Positions 32,794 to 44,399 of a stretch of DNA of 64,000 bases are shown one piece after another (within the stretch, counting starts at the first letter, position 1; each line of letters opens with the position of its first letter). Below the pieces are notes generated by a model. The model was not told where the DNA came from, made no database searches, and saw only the letters and a program-made list of their open reading frames with translations. The stretch is taken from contig OW569353.1 in NCBI GenBank assembly GCA_937625935.1, positions 124,001-188,000 of the forward strand. The letters run 5' to 3'. The DNA comes from Tetramitus jugosus. Lineage: Eukaryota > Protista > Heterolobosea. The translations under genes were made by a program, and so were the position numbers.

Positions 32794-35670
32794 TCACCAA
32801 TGAGTTGGTTCAAAGTCCTTCAAAAGCAATCCATATTTTCCACTCGAGGACAGAATTGGGTGCAGTATACGAGCAGCTCCATCTTCACAAGTCAGTGGAG
32901 GTTCCTTATACGTTTGAATACCGGAGGAAATCCATCCAGTATCTACACCGTTCATCAATACGCCATGACTGGCAAAGTAGTGACTAGAGGATCTGGTCAA
33001 CATATTCAATGCTGCTTTGCTCATGTTGGTATGGATGTGGTAGTCTGTCTTTCCAGTCGTAGCGAATTGACCTTCATGTGAAGTAACATTAATAATGTAG
33101 GAAGGTCCCAAACGAGGGGATAGAATGTTAACTTCTTCCTTGTCGTCATGGATGCGTGCTTCTTCTCCTTCGTTATCTTCCCCTTTGTTGCCGTTGCTTG
33201 GAAATGTCACGGTACTGTTTGATTCATTCTGAGCATTGACCGCACAGTCATTGTTTTCTTCATCTTCATCTTCACCTTCGCCTTCATCTTCTTCTTCATC
33301 CTGCTCTTCATTCTGCTTCTTGTGCATCATCAGAGGGAATAATTGACTAACAAGCATCGTTGGAGCAATCTGATTGATTAACTGAACCTCCAGCATCTCC
33401 ACTGTATCTACATCATCGATTGTAGTTGTCCATGTATTCTCTTTTCTCAGATCTAAGGGCTCCCCAAATCTATCTGTCTTATCCAGAGGGAACAACCCTT
33501 CAGGTGTCTCATCCTCTTTGCACAAATTTCTTTGAAAGGAACAAAGGGTGAGATATTGAGATCGAATAATCGGGTCTTGCAAATTGTTCACTCTATCTAG
33601 AGTCGAAGAATTTAACACCAAAGTACTGACCGCTCTACTACTGTTGCCATCGTCAGTAGCAGAAGAGTTGAGTGCACCCAGCAAAGAATTCTTCTCTTTC
33701 TCAAGCAGCTGTCTATAATATTGGAGTGGTCTTCGAACCGTCTGAGCAGCATTATTAATAAGAATATCCACATGATCGAATTTGCTCTGCACAAACTCAA
33801 CAAACTCTCGAATACTATGACCATCTTTCAAATTGAGCCCAAATAGAATCAGACGATCACTGAACTCGTTATAATCTGATTCTCTGGAGAATTTATCTTT
33901 TGCGTCTTCAAGGAAACGGGTAGTGCCTATAACAGTAGCATTACAGCGAAGTAGCTTGAGCGCAGTACTGAATCCGATCTTAATTCTGGCACCAGTGACA
34001 ATTGCTACTTTCCCAGACAAGTCTCTCTCCAGATTCTTCATGGACTCATTTTTCTGTGCACAACCAGTGCATATGTATGTTTCGCCCTGATGTGGAAGTT
34101 TCTGGTAGTGACCACACATGTAACACTTGTGGAACAGATACTTTTCCATCAGATGCTTCTCAAGATAGCCCTCTGTGATGAAAATTGTATAGTCTCGTTC
34201 GAACAATTCGGTAATGCTGAGCAAAAACATGTGATCCACACTGACTAGTTCATCCATCTCTTTAAATATTGCCCATTTGAAACTCTGTTCCCAATGTGAA
34301 CGATAATTGTTTTGTATCCAGAATTCATCATTGACATTTCTCAAGAATGATTTGAGACCCTTCTTCGAAATCGCAATAATCTCTGGATATCTTACTGTGT
34401 TGAACACAGTGTACATACCAGCATCCATATCATTATTGCTTGAAATAGAACATATCATGCAACCATCCTCCGTCGATTTAACTCTCTTCGCCCAGTATTC
34501 CAATGGTAGCACATGAGAAAAGCGATCAATAGAATCAAAGAGTAGAGTTTCAATTCCTCTTGCAGCATACTTGATAGCTCTCTTGAAGTACAATTCACAT
34601 TCTTCGTGGCATGGCTCCAGAATATTCGTATGTATCATCATGGATCTGATACCTTCGTATATAGTATACACATTGTCTGCATCGAATGAAAATCTGCAGC
34701 AATCCAGATCAAAGAAATTCATCAATTCTTCAATATTGTATACTCTACGAAGAATGAACTGAATCAAAGGATCGTCCATGCTCTTTGGGGTAATGTTAAT
34801 TGTGGAATTATTTTTCATGAGAGCGTAATCCAACTGTCTGCTCTTCGCCACTTGCTCAATCTTCAGCAGGGCGTCTTTCAAAAAGAAGTGTACCTGTTCT
34901 GGTGTGGCACCATTCTCCATCACGAAAATGTCAATATCTGGCTCTGAAGTATTATTTGATCCTGCATTACCATATTCAGGTTCCAGATCTTCCTCCCCTT
35001 CTTCTTCTTTCTCTTCTCCATCTTCCTCAGATTCTTGAAACTGATAAGGCTTCTTTTTTGACCTCAGTCTCTTCATCCTCCTTGCTACACGATCAATAAA
35101 GAATTGAGCCACAAACCCACCAGCAATCAGAAACTTTGGTCCAGTTAAAGACAGTGAGTTGCATTCAAACAGGACATCCAAAACAGCAACTCCGATCGGT
35201 CCAGCATTTCTTCTCCAATAATTTTCGAACTGTTCCAGTGTAATCGAACTCCAAATCTTACGAGTATCCATCATTGATGTCGCACGAATCACTTGCTGAG
35301 AAACAGCAACAGTGGCACTCGATGGTGTTTGCTCCAGATCAGAAAACACATGAATCAGGTTGCCCTTCTCCTCAATAGAGAAACCCATCATTGCATTGCC
35401 AGTCCTTCTCAACTGTTTCTCCTTTTCATTCAAGTAATGCAATCGTACAGATTCCAGGTTTGTTCCAGTAATGGTCTCATAGAGTTGATACGTGCTCTGG
35501 TTCACCAGAGCTAAATGCAAACGATCTACGCCAGAGGAAGCAAACAAGAAGAACTGTGAGACAATTTCATTTGGCAATTGAGAAAACAATGGTGCCACCA
35601 TCGATTTATGCTTCTTGCTGGCTTGTGATGAAGAATCATCGTTGCTCAACTCACTGTGCTTCCTTCGCAT
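32794..35670 (-). CDS. F-box + Pol-beta-like nucleotidyltransferase + Zn finger + short-chain dehydrogenase/reductase fusion
   Basis: 'LPNEIVSQFF'; 'LIAGGFV...PDIDIFV...IQFILR...FDLDCCR...RAIKYAARG'; 'CYMC...CTGC'; 'AIVTGARIKIG', 'ILINNAAQT', 'HTNMSKAALNM', 'VDTGW'. Confidence 0.75.
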   Translation of the reverse strand: MRRKHSELSNDDSSSQASKKHKSMVAPLFSQLPNEIVSQFFLFASSGVDRLHLALVNQSTYQLYETITGTNLESVRLHYLNEKEKQLRRTGNAMMGFSIEEKGNLIHVFSDLEQTPSSATVAVSQQVIRATSMMDTRKIWSSITLEQFENYWRRNAGPIGVAVLDVLFECNSLSLTGPKFLIAGGFVAQFFIDRVARRMKRLRSKKKPYQFQESEEDGEEKEEEGEEDLEPEYGNAGSNNTSEPDIDIFVMENGATPEQVHFFLKDALLKIEQVAKSRQLDYALMKNNSTINITPKSMDDPLIQFILRRVYNIEELMNFFDLDCCRFSFDADNVYTIYEGIRSMMIHTNILEPCHEECELYFKRAIKYAARGIETLLFDSIDRFSHVLPLEYWAKRVKSTEDGCMICSISSNNDMDAGMYTVFNTVRYPEIIAISKKGLKSFLRNVNDEFWIQNNYRSHWEQSFKWAIFKEMDELVSVDHMFLLSITELFERDYTIFITEGYLEKHLMEKYLFHKCYMCGHYQKLPHQGETYICTGCAQKNESMKNLERDLSGKVAIVTGARIKIGFSTALKLLRCNATVIGTTRFLEDAKDKFSRESDYNEFSDRLILFGLNLKDGHSIREFVEFVQSKFDHVDILINNAAQTVRRPLQYYRQLLEKEKNSLLGALNSSATDDGNSSRAVSTLVLNSSTLDRVNNLQDPIIRSQYLTLCSFQRNLCKEDETPEGLFPLDKTDRFGEPLDLRKENTWTTTIDDVDTVEMLEVQLINQIAPTMLVSQLFPLMMHKKQNEEQDEEEDEGEGEDEDEENNDCAVNAQNESNSTVTFPSNGNKGEDNEGEEARIHDDKEEVNILSPRLGPSYIINVTSHEGQFATTGKTDYHIHTNMSKAALNMLTRSSSHYFASHGVLMNGVDTGWISSGIQTYKEPPLTCEDGAARILHPILSSSGKYGLLLKDFEPTHW

Positions 35671-35961
35671 CCTTTGTCTTTTGTTGTTTTCAGTTTTGGG
35701 CGGGGTGGTCGAATTGTTCCTGGAAAACTGGTCAGCTCAATTGATTCGAAGACAACAAGAACCCAATTCTAATTCAGTAGGCATTCTTCTGCACCAAGTC
35801 TTGCAGTACTCGTCCACGGTGCAAGTTGTCATCAGGGTTGGATGGAGAATAGAGTGAAAGCCCGCCATCACATTCTATTTTCGCCTCACGAACAAAATGG
35901 AGCAAGAGGTGACACACAGTGCCAGAACCAAATCCGCGGACATAAAAAAGTCAAACGCAAT

Positions 35962-37842
35962 ATGATTCGTTCGTGGAGAAAGATCGCATTCCTGACCAGT
36001 GCTCTATTCATGGTTGTTGGCATATGTGCCAGTTTTTATGTGTGCTATGATCTTAGTGCTGGTCTCGAACAAAAGTTCAAAACCAAATTCTTGAAGCAGG
36101 ACGGCTGGTTCATGGGCCGTGAATACAGGGACAATATTTCTCAGTATGAGGAAATCCGTGCTGCATTTCCAGTTCTTGCCATACTGACCATTGTTCAGTT
36201 GCTCTTGTCTCACTTGAGCATGTTTTTGGTGAGTGTTTGTACACGAACTAGTAATGTACGGCTCTTGAGAGATACAAGGTTGATGGCGAACGGTTGTTTT
36301 GCTCTATTGTGCTTTCTGGCACTGCACGGATCGAATCTTGTTTGGATCATCGTCATAAATATCGTTCAGTATGGCATGATAAAGTTGTTAGGCAAACGAA
36401 AGCGATTAGCAATGGCTTATGTTTGGGTATCCGTGATTGCGCTGTTTTATTTCCTGTGTACAGACGAGAGATCGATTGATTTGTATCGTGTAGTTTATCG
36501 ACTGTTGGATAGATTGAAGTGGGATAAAGAGTCAACGTTCATGATGTGGTTGAAGTACTGTGAAAGGAACCAGGGTGTGATGCGTTCGTGGTCCAATATC
36601 TATCGACTGTCATTTCTCAGGATTGTTAGCTTTCAGATGGATTATATTTGGTACATTCATGAGTTGCAAGATTCGAGCATTGAGTCCTCGTTTTATTCCT
36701 TTTCCAATTACTTGGGATTCGTGAACTATTTGCCATTGTATCTTGCAGGGCCACTTGCAACATTCAACAGTTTTGTGTCTGGATGGACATTGAAAGAAGT
36801 TCCGGATTATATGCAGTTATTATCACTGGAATATGTTTCGAAAGCTATTCGAAGTGATTGGTGGAAGAATTATCTTAAGAACTTGACTTATTGGATGTGT
36901 TTCGCACTTGTTTTTGATATTTCCTCTCATTTCATATACATATGGAAAGTTTACTATAGTTATGATTGGAACACATTATCGAGTGTTCAGCTAACATGTA
37001 TGACCTATGTTCTATCATACTGGGATTTTTGGGGTAAATACTTTATTATTTTGCAAATGGGAAAGATGTGGGCAATGGCAGATTTTGTGCATGGAGAATG
37101 CGCAGCACCATTGGATCATGTGGAAATTCCAGATGATTTACCAATGAGTACTCTCAGATGCAATTCAACATTGCGAATCAATTTGGATACATGGCATACG
37201 TCATTCATTTACTTCGCTATTCGTTATCTTTATGTTCCTTTGGGTGGAATGAAACGGTTGTATCTCTCTGTCCCGGCAGTATTTATGTTCTCTGCTTGGG
37301 TACATGGAATCTCTCTCCTCTGGACACAAAGAGCAGCGATCACACAGGCTTTGCCGCTTGTCATCGAATGGATGCTACGATATTTGTATTACAATCAATG
37401 GCAACAAGGTTCTCAGACCGTGAAGCAGTTCTTGGCCTTCTTTTCTGTAGTGCTATTCGATGTTTCTGCCGTGACTGCCTATGGATGGCCAGCAGAAATT
37501 CCAGCTCGCCACATATTCTATATGATTTTCTTCCGCAACAAAGAAGGAATTCTGAGTCTTCTACTCGTACTCCTTTTCTTTTCGGCCAAGGTGTATTACA
37601 TATTTGTTATTGAGGCACCAGTCGATGAGGTCATGAAACAACCTAGAAGTGACATACTCTATTTCCAGTTGGAAGACAGATCGAACAGCCCAGTCGACGT
37701 TATTTCGGCTGAAAATACAACAGAGGAGCAGATGATAGCTGCAAAACACAAAAAACCAACAGAGTGGAACATTTATCAACGAGCACTCACTCTCGATCAA
37801 GTTGAACAATACCAATCCACCTACCATCCCTTGTTATTGTGA
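35962..37842 (+). CDS. MBOAT membrane-bound O-acyltransferase (Gup1/HHAT-like)
   Basis: 'LRIVSFQMDY', 'YLPLYLAGPLATFNSF', 'WHTSF...RYLYVPLGG', catalytic His in 'SAWVHG'; multiple TM segments. Confidence 0.85.
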   Translation: MIRSWRKIAFLTSALFMVVGICASFYVCYDLSAGLEQKFKTKFLKQDGWFMGREYRDNISQYEEIRAAFPVLAILTIVQLLLSHLSMFLVSVCTRTSNVRLLRDTRLMANGCFALLCFLALHGSNLVWIIVINIVQYGMIKLLGKRKRLAMAYVWVSVIALFYFLCTDERSIDLYRVVYRLLDRLKWDKESTFMMWLKYCERNQGVMRSWSNIYRLSFLRIVSFQMDYIWYIHELQDSSIESSFYSFSNYLGFVNYLPLYLAGPLATFNSFVSGWTLKEVPDYMQLLSLEYVSKAIRSDWWKNYLKNLTYWMCFALVFDISSHFIYIWKVYYSYDWNTLSSVQLTCMTYVLSYWDFWGKYFIILQMGKMWAMADFVHGECAAPLDHVEIPDDLPMSTLRCNSTLRINLDTWHTSFIYFAIRYLYVPLGGMKRLYLSVPAVFMFSAWVHGISLLWTQRAAITQALPLVIEWMLRYLYYNQWQQGSQTVKQFLAFFSVVLFDVSAVTAYGWPAEIPARHIFYMIFFRNKEGILSLLLVLLFFSAKVYYIFVIEAPVDEVMKQPRSDILYFQLEDRSNSPVDVISAENTTEEQMIAAKHKKPTEWNIYQRALTLDQVEQYQSTYHPLLL

Positions 37843-38097
37843 TATGTTCTCATGGTCAATTTCTACTCCAAGTCTGTTGTTTTCAGGAAGGAGAGCTTTC
37901 GTTATGGTATCCTGATGACTTTGCACTAACTAGCAGCTCACAGAAGCCATTTTATCACAAACAATGACAATGATACATCCAATACAATGGTTACCCTTGA
38001 CACCAAATATCGCGACAGAGGCTCAACAAATCAACATGCCAAGTAAGCGTTTTTTTTTGGGCAGAAAACAACATCAAGTTCCAAGAAATAACATCCA

Positions 38098-39471
38098 ATG
38101 CATCGTCAGTCCAGTACTAGTAACATCATTTGTCATAATATTCGAAAGTACGCCACTGTTTCGGATCCAAATAACGTGTTACTGGTGCGGAATGAAAATT
38201 GGCCTTGTATGGAACTTTGGACTGAACAGTCAAGTGCTCAGCAGATGGAACAGATTTCGGGAATGAACCCAACTCCATACAACGGACAGACTATGACTTT
38301 GGATGACATTGAACAACACTGTCCCCGTTTCTCAACTCTTAAAATACCCTATGTTCTGGACTCGAAACTATCCAATGTTCAGCTGAAGAAGATTGCAGTC
38401 GGGAGCGTTCATTGTTTGTTCTTGACAGAGGAAGGCTTTGTTTATGGTATGGGTCAAAACTCATTTGGTCAATTGTTGTCTTATGATCAGGATCATTCAT
38501 TGCATAGAGGAGATGTGATTGTGCCGACAGTGTTATTGTGGTTTGTGGAACACAACATTCGCATCAGAGATATTGCCTGTGCTGGCTGGTTCTCTGCTTT
38601 TATTACAACAGATGGTGAGTTGTATACAGTAGGGCGTTTGGGATCCAACTCCACCTCTACAAATGAACCTGTCCTCAGATCGAAAACAGGGTTTGTTTCC
38701 ACATTTGGGGTCGGTCTTCACCACCTTTTGTTTCAGTATGATTCAAAGCTTGGAGATCAAGTATATTCTTTGGGATCAAACAACTATGGTCAATTGGGAT
38801 GTGCCAAGGGAATTGGTTTTGCCGACGATGCAGTAGAGGTGAAAGTAGATGAGACATTGGTCGAGCCTCCAAAACCGTTTAACTTCTGTCGCTTGGCAAA
38901 GATCCATGGTGGCACAAACTTCACGGTTGTACTGACGATACGAAGCGATGTTTTTGTTGCAGGACTTATCCGCGAGCGTCCTACTCTTGCAAACAACGGT
39001 TTTACAAAGTTAGATTTGAGTCGTCTTGGAACTGCACTCGTCAGAGACTTTTCATGCTCGTGGTACGATACTGTTTTCGTAGACTCAATGAAGCGTGTCT
39101 TCACTTCTTCAAGCCTTCACGACAATGATGAAATACTTTGGAAAATTGATGCTTCATTCCTAGCAAATCCAGTGGTTACTTCAAGAGCGAGAGCGTTTCA
39201 TGTTGTAGATACATGTACTGGGCGCTTGTTCAATCTGATATTCAACAACAATTCTGTGCTCAAGCTCGAAGACCAAACAGCAAGCTTGGACTTCAATCAA
39301 ATGTTGGGCCCTCAATATCAAGTGGCCAGTTATTCCTCTGGGTACTACATCAACATGGTGTTATTGAAATCATGGGAATCAAAGACGAGCTTGCGTTTCT
39401 TTATGACCAATCTGAAACGCTGCACATTATCACATTCAATATTTAGTGATGTAGAATTTGTTTTCGAATAA
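38098..39471 (+). CDS. RCC1/BLIP-II repeat protein
   Basis: 'KIAVGSVHCLFLTEEGFVYGMGQNSFGQL', 'IACAGWFSAFITTDGELYTVG', 'YSLGSNNYGQLG'. Confidence 0.85.
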   Translation: MHRQSSTSNIICHNIRKYATVSDPNNVLLVRNENWPCMELWTEQSSAQQMEQISGMNPTPYNGQTMTLDDIEQHCPRFSTLKIPYVLDSKLSNVQLKKIAVGSVHCLFLTEEGFVYGMGQNSFGQLLSYDQDHSLHRGDVIVPTVLLWFVEHNIRIRDIACAGWFSAFITTDGELYTVGRLGSNSTSTNEPVLRSKTGFVSTFGVGLHHLLFQYDSKLGDQVYSLGSNNYGQLGCAKGIGFADDAVEVKVDETLVEPPKPFNFCRLAKIHGGTNFTVVLTIRSDVFVAGLIRERPTLANNGFTKLDLSRLGTALVRDFSCSWYDTVFVDSMKRVFTSSSLHDNDEILWKIDASFLANPVVTSRARAFHVVDTCTGRLFNLIFNNNSVLKLEDQTASLDFNQMLGPQYQVASYSSGYYINMVLLKSWESKTSLRFFMTNLKRCTLSHSIFSDVEFVFE

Positions 39472-39660
39472 ACTCTGATCAGCTGATAAGAGATTCCAAT
39501 TACGGATAAAATGGGATGTCTCAAGATAGCCGTAGTTCCGTGTCATCCGCCTGTCGTTCACATCCCGCAACGTTCGATAGCGCCAAAAAAGTCTCAAAAA
39601 TTATCCATTTCGTGAACGAAAAAAAACCAACCCAACACACGATATCTCAACAACAACACC

Positions 39661-41091
39661 ATGTCCAGTTACTTTGCAACACCAAGTGAACTCGTCTCAC
39701 TTATCCGAATGAAACTGACCATGTCAGTTCCTAAACTCTCCAACGAAGACAACAAAAACTTTTGTTATCGTACTTTGATTCATGTGAGCAGAAGCTTTGC
39801 TACTGTCATTTGTGAATTGCCTGTTGAGTTGCGTGATCCAGTATGTGTACACACATTCCTACGTGTCCCTTTCATCTCTCTCTCTCTCTCATGTTTTCAT
39901 CATCCATGTGCTGCTTTTTGGTGTCATCCTATCATCACACATGTGTGTGTGAAAAAAAAAAAAGGAATCTTAAAGAACTAACACTTATAATTCATTTGTG
40001 TGTGTGTGTACTTTTCAAAGGTTTGCATCTTTTATTTGGTGCTCAGAGCTTTGGACACTGTAGAAGATGACACAAAGTTTGACATTGAGAGAAAAGTGCC
40101 AATTCTGCTCAACTTTTATCAATATTTGGACGATGAGACCTTTTTGTTGACTGACTGTGGAGAGAAGCACTACAAGGATTTGTTGCTCAACTGGTCAAAG
40201 GTCGTTGCAGTGTACAAGTCACTCGATGTCAAGTATCAACACGTCATCAAGTACACCACAAAGGCAATGGGTGAAGGCATGGCAGAGTTCATTAACACCA
40301 AGAATGTTGACACGACCCGTGATTACAACCACTATTGCTACTATGTGGCCGGTCTTGTCGGAATTGGTCTCTCTGACATGTTTGTCCAGTATGGTGAGAG
40401 CGATGTGTTGATGGATCGTCAAATTCAAGACATTCATGACACCATTTCGAATCAAATGGGTCTCTTTTTGCAAAAGACTAACATTCTGCGTGATTATCAC
40501 GAAGACATCTTGGAAGATAGAATCTTTTGGCCAAAGGATGTCTGGTCCAAGTATGCAGACCGATTGGAAGACTTCCAAAAGGAAGAACATATTCCAAAGG
40601 GTGTCCAATGCCTCAATGAGTTGATTACCGAGTCATTGGATCAAATTCCACACTGCATTCGCTACATGGAGCTGTTGAAGGATCGTCAAATCTTCAACTT
40701 TTGTGCCATTCCTCAAGTGATGGCTGTTGCTACCATGGCTGAAATTTACAACAATCCAAACGTGTTCAGAGGCGTTGTCAAGATTAGAAAGGGAACTGCT
40801 GCTCAATTGATCCTGAACACCAAGAACATTACTGAGGTCAAGAAGACATTCTTCCACTTCTTGAGCAAGATGGAGAACAAGATTGACAACAAGGACCCTA
40901 ATGCCGAAAACACAAGAAGAAAGATTCAAAAGGCAAAGGTCACAGTTGCTGGTTGTGGTACTCTGTCTGAGGGACCATCCTTCTTCCGTCTGTTTGCTAC
41001 CACCACAGTGACAGCACTTGCTGGATATGCAATCTTCAAGTACAGAGACTTGATCACTGAGAAGATTACCAAGACTTGGAACAAGAACTAA
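39661..41091 (+). CDS. FDFT1: squalene synthase, 2 exons (39661-39840, 40021-41091)
   Basis: 'VSRSFATVI', 'FYLVLRALDTVEDD', 'YCYYVAGLVGIGLS', 'MGLFLQKTNILRDY', 'FCAIPQVMA'; intron GTATGT...AAAG in frame. Confidence 0.97.
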
Positions 41092-41466
41092 CTCAGGTGT
41101 ATGCTCAGCAACTGACCCCTATCTATGTATTAAGCCATGTGTATCATCATCAATTTATTTACTCCAGAGAAACATTTTTTATTTGGTAAATGGAAAACCG
41201 ACATGTCTCCCGCCTTTTCGCGCCTTCACTTTTCCTAACGGAATTTGAGGGAATTCGATTCCTCTAGGAATTATTCAAACTTCTTGACGCTTGATTTCAC
41301 ACAAGCTGCATTCTTCCTGTTTTTTTCCTACTGGGTGGGGACCCCAAGGTTCGAACGTTGGCCGATGATACCCTCATGTCAGAACAACTGAAACCACGAC
41401 CCCACCAACACTTTCAAAACACTAACAAACTAGTAGTACTTTCTCACCCTCCACCTAACAACAGCA

Positions 41467-42488
41467 ATGAACGCACTGTATGCAAAGCTTCTAGAGTACG
41501 AAAATATGGTGGCCAATCAGTCTTGGCATCAAGACTTGGCCATTCCAAACTATGTTGAACCATATAGACACTACCTTCCATTTGGTTCAGTCATTGTGTA
41601 CTTGTTAATGGTCTTTTTGTTGCCAAAGCTTTTGCAACTCAGCAGCAACGCCAAAGCTAAGCCAAGCAAATTCTTGACCTATTTGAACGCTGGTTGGAAT
41701 TTGTTTTTGACTGTTGGTTCAGCTGTCATGTTGTTTGGATTTTTGCCACACTTTTTGAAGGCAATGGAGAGAAAGGGACCAATGGGCATGATTTGCGATA
41801 CTGAACATGACCTTTTTGATAACACAAACATCAAATTCTGGGTCAACATGTTCATCTTGTCAAAGTACGCTGAACTCGTTGATACATTGTTCTTGATTGT
41901 CAAGAATCCATTTAGAGCAGGTATGTGTGCTTTGAATTGCTTTGAATTTTTTTTTGTTGTTGTTGATTGCTTTGCAAGAAGAAGAAGAGCAAAGCTTTCT
42001 CATTCATGGTTTCTTCATTTTGACTTACGCCATTCTCCATTTTTTTTTTGCGTTGTTTCATTTGCAAATGATTAGTTCCATTCTTGCACTACTATCACCA
42101 CGCAACTGTCTTGTTGTTCTGCTGGTACTGTGTCGGATACTATAGATTTGGTGTTGGTTTCTGGTTTGGTATGATCAATGCCTCCGTTCACACCATTATG
42201 TACTTTTACTACTTTTTGGCAGAGTTGGGCTATAGACCATCATGGGCCTTCTTGATTACCATTATTCAAATTTCGCAAATGGTTGCTGGCATTGGTTTGA
42301 ACATTACATGGGCTGTTCAATGGTTCAAGGGTGAAAATTGCGAGTGCACTGGCCCAAGAAAGGTTCTCGTTTTCACTTTGGTCATGTACGGAAGCTACTT
42401 GTACCTGTTTGTGCAATTCTTCAAGAAGAGATACTTTAGCGGTCCTCCTGCTCCAAGAGGAACCAAGGCTGATGTCAAGAAGGAGTAA
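41467..42488 (+). CDS. ELO/GNS1 fatty-acid elongase, 2 exons (41467-41920, 42076-42488)
   Basis: 'SKYAELVDT', 'FLHYYHH', 'HTIMYFYY', 'TIIQISQM', C-terminal KKE; intron 41921-42075. Confidence 0.95.
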
Positions 42489-42658
42489 AAGCTCAAGCTT
42501 TTCTACCATCCTTTTATTCACAATATAATTATACAAGAGATAATGATCTCACACAATGCATGGAGTGATCCTTGAACAATAAAAACAATTTGACAAATTC
42601 ATAAAACATGATGTGCACATATGATGGTTCGATTGTGCTCGTGAGTCATCATCGTATC

Positions 42659-43312
42659 TTAGAAGGAAATGTCGGATGATTGAACGATTTGAACTCCTGC
42701 ATTTTTCAATTGTTCAATGGCTTCTTGCTCTCCCTGCTCGCTCAGTCCTTTGCTTGCGTCAGCAACCAAGAATGTCTGGTATCCCAACGGAACAGCATCC
42801 AACGCAGTATATTTGACACAATAGTCCAACGCCAATCCAGTAACGTACACATCAGTAATGTTCTCCTGTTTCAACACACTGTCCAACTCTGTCTTTTGTT
42901 TCTTTTCATTGTCAAAGAATCCACTGTACGAGTCAACTTTTGGATTGGTTCCCTTTGTTACAATGACATCGTTACCGTCGTCCACTGTGAGACTAGGATG
43001 GAAATCGGCTCCTGTTGTTCCCTGGACACAGTGATTCGGCCACATGACCTGATCCAATCCATCTTCAAGCTTCACTGTACTAAACACTGTAGCACCCTTG
43101 TTATTCGATGCAAATGACACGTGGTCACTTGGATGATAATCCTGTGTTAACACAATCAGATCCCAGTTGACTTGGTTGCGGAGTTGGTTGATGACGGGAA
43201 TAATGGAGTCACCATTGTCAACAGCGAGGGAACCACCAGGACAGAAATCGTTTTGGACGTCTACGATAATGAGAGCTCTCTTTTGATTGTCGTTGTTGTT
43301 GTTGGATGACAT
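42659..43312 (-). CDS. pncA: nicotinamidase/pyrazinamidase
   Basis: 'ALIIVDVQNDFCPGGSLAV', 'TQDYHP', 'WPNHCVQGT', 'DSYSGF', 'GLALDYCV'; ATG at 43312. Confidence 0.95.
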   Translation of the reverse strand: MSSNNNNDNQKRALIIVDVQNDFCPGGSLAVDNGDSIIPVINQLRNQVNWDLIVLTQDYHPSDHVSFASNNKGATVFSTVKLEDGLDQVMWPNHCVQGTTGADFHPSLTVDDGNDVIVTKGTNPKVDSYSGFFDNEKKQKTELDSVLKQENITDVYVTGLALDYCVKYTALDAVPLGYQTFLVADASKGLSEQGEQEAIEQLKNAGVQIVQSSDISF

Positions 43313-43682
43313 TGTTGGATGTTTGTTCTTGTTTTTTTTGAATGAAATGGAGATCTTGTTGTAATCCGTTACTATTTCAGAGCGTGGGAACATCTGTTCA
43401 TTTTCGAGTTCTTTTGGTATCCACAAAATCTCATGTAAAAGTTAGGGACGTACAATACTTGCGCGTGCCCTTGACCAACAACCTCCGAGAACTCCAAGGG
43501 AAGGAAAGGTTGTTGTAAGAAACGGACTTTTTCTACGCCAGAGGCCGGAATGATCTCACTTTTCAGATGTCCAAACTTAAATTGAGACGTCCATATCACC
43601 TGGGGCACATCACTACAAAACACTTTTGACCACCAACAAACAAAACCAAACTACAACCAGATTTACTAGAATATCTACTACA

Positions 43683-44297
43683 ATGACCAAGGTTCTCGTT
43701 CTCTTCTATTCCACCTATGGACACAACTATTTGATGGCAAAGGCTGTCGTTGAAGGAGTCAAGCAAGTCGACGGAGTTCAAGTCGATCTCCACAGAATTG
43801 CCGAGACACTGCCAGAGTCTGTTCTTGTCAAGATGAATGCACTAGAAGCTCAAAAAGCATTTGCTCATTTGCCTGTTGCCGATCCTCATCACTTTGCCAA
43901 TTATGATGCTGTGATCATTGGTGTACCAACTCGTTTTGGTCTTCCATCTGCTCAAGTCAAGACATACCTGGATGCGTTGGGGCAAATTTGGCAGCACAAT
44001 ACCGCTGTGGGAAAGGTTGCTTCCTGTTGGTCCTCCACTGCCACTCAACACGGTGGTCAAGAGTCAACCATCTTGGCCACGCATCACACCTTTTTCCATT
44101 TGGGTATGGTTGTTGTTGGGTTGCCTTACACTGCTGTTGATCAATTTGGTCATGATGAAGTCAAGGGAGGAAGTCCCTATGGTGCCTCAACAGTTACTGG
44201 AGGTGATGGAAGCAGAATGCCATCAGATGCAGAGTTGAGAATGGCTCAATTCCAGGGCAAGCACGTTGCTACCATTGCCAAGAAACTCTCTTCATAA
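43683..44297 (+). CDS. wrbA: NAD(P)H:quinone oxidoreductase, WrbA family flavodoxin
   Basis: 'FYSTYGH', 'PTRFG', 'TQHGGQEST', 'GGSPYGA', 'DGSRMPS'. Confidence 0.95.
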   Translation: MTKVLVLFYSTYGHNYLMAKAVVEGVKQVDGVQVDLHRIAETLPESVLVKMNALEAQKAFAHLPVADPHHFANYDAVIIGVPTRFGLPSAQVKTYLDALGQIWQHNTAVGKVASCWSSTATQHGGQESTILATHHTFFHLGMVVVGLPYTAVDQFGHDEVKGGSPYGASTVTGGDGSRMPSDAELRMAQFQGKHVATIAKKLSS

Positions 44298-44399
44298 ATA
44301 AAATACATAGCCATCTCTCAAATCGTTAGTAATGGAAGCAAACCAACAAAACTATAGACGGAAAAAGGATAAGAGCCTACATTACTGAGGGTTCTCGGA

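Noticed and set aside
41330-41365. GGTTCGAAC T-loop/B-box-like motif suggesting a tRNA (similar motifs at ~30020 and ~57612)
   Set aside because: No cloverleaf, acceptor stem or D-arm can be built
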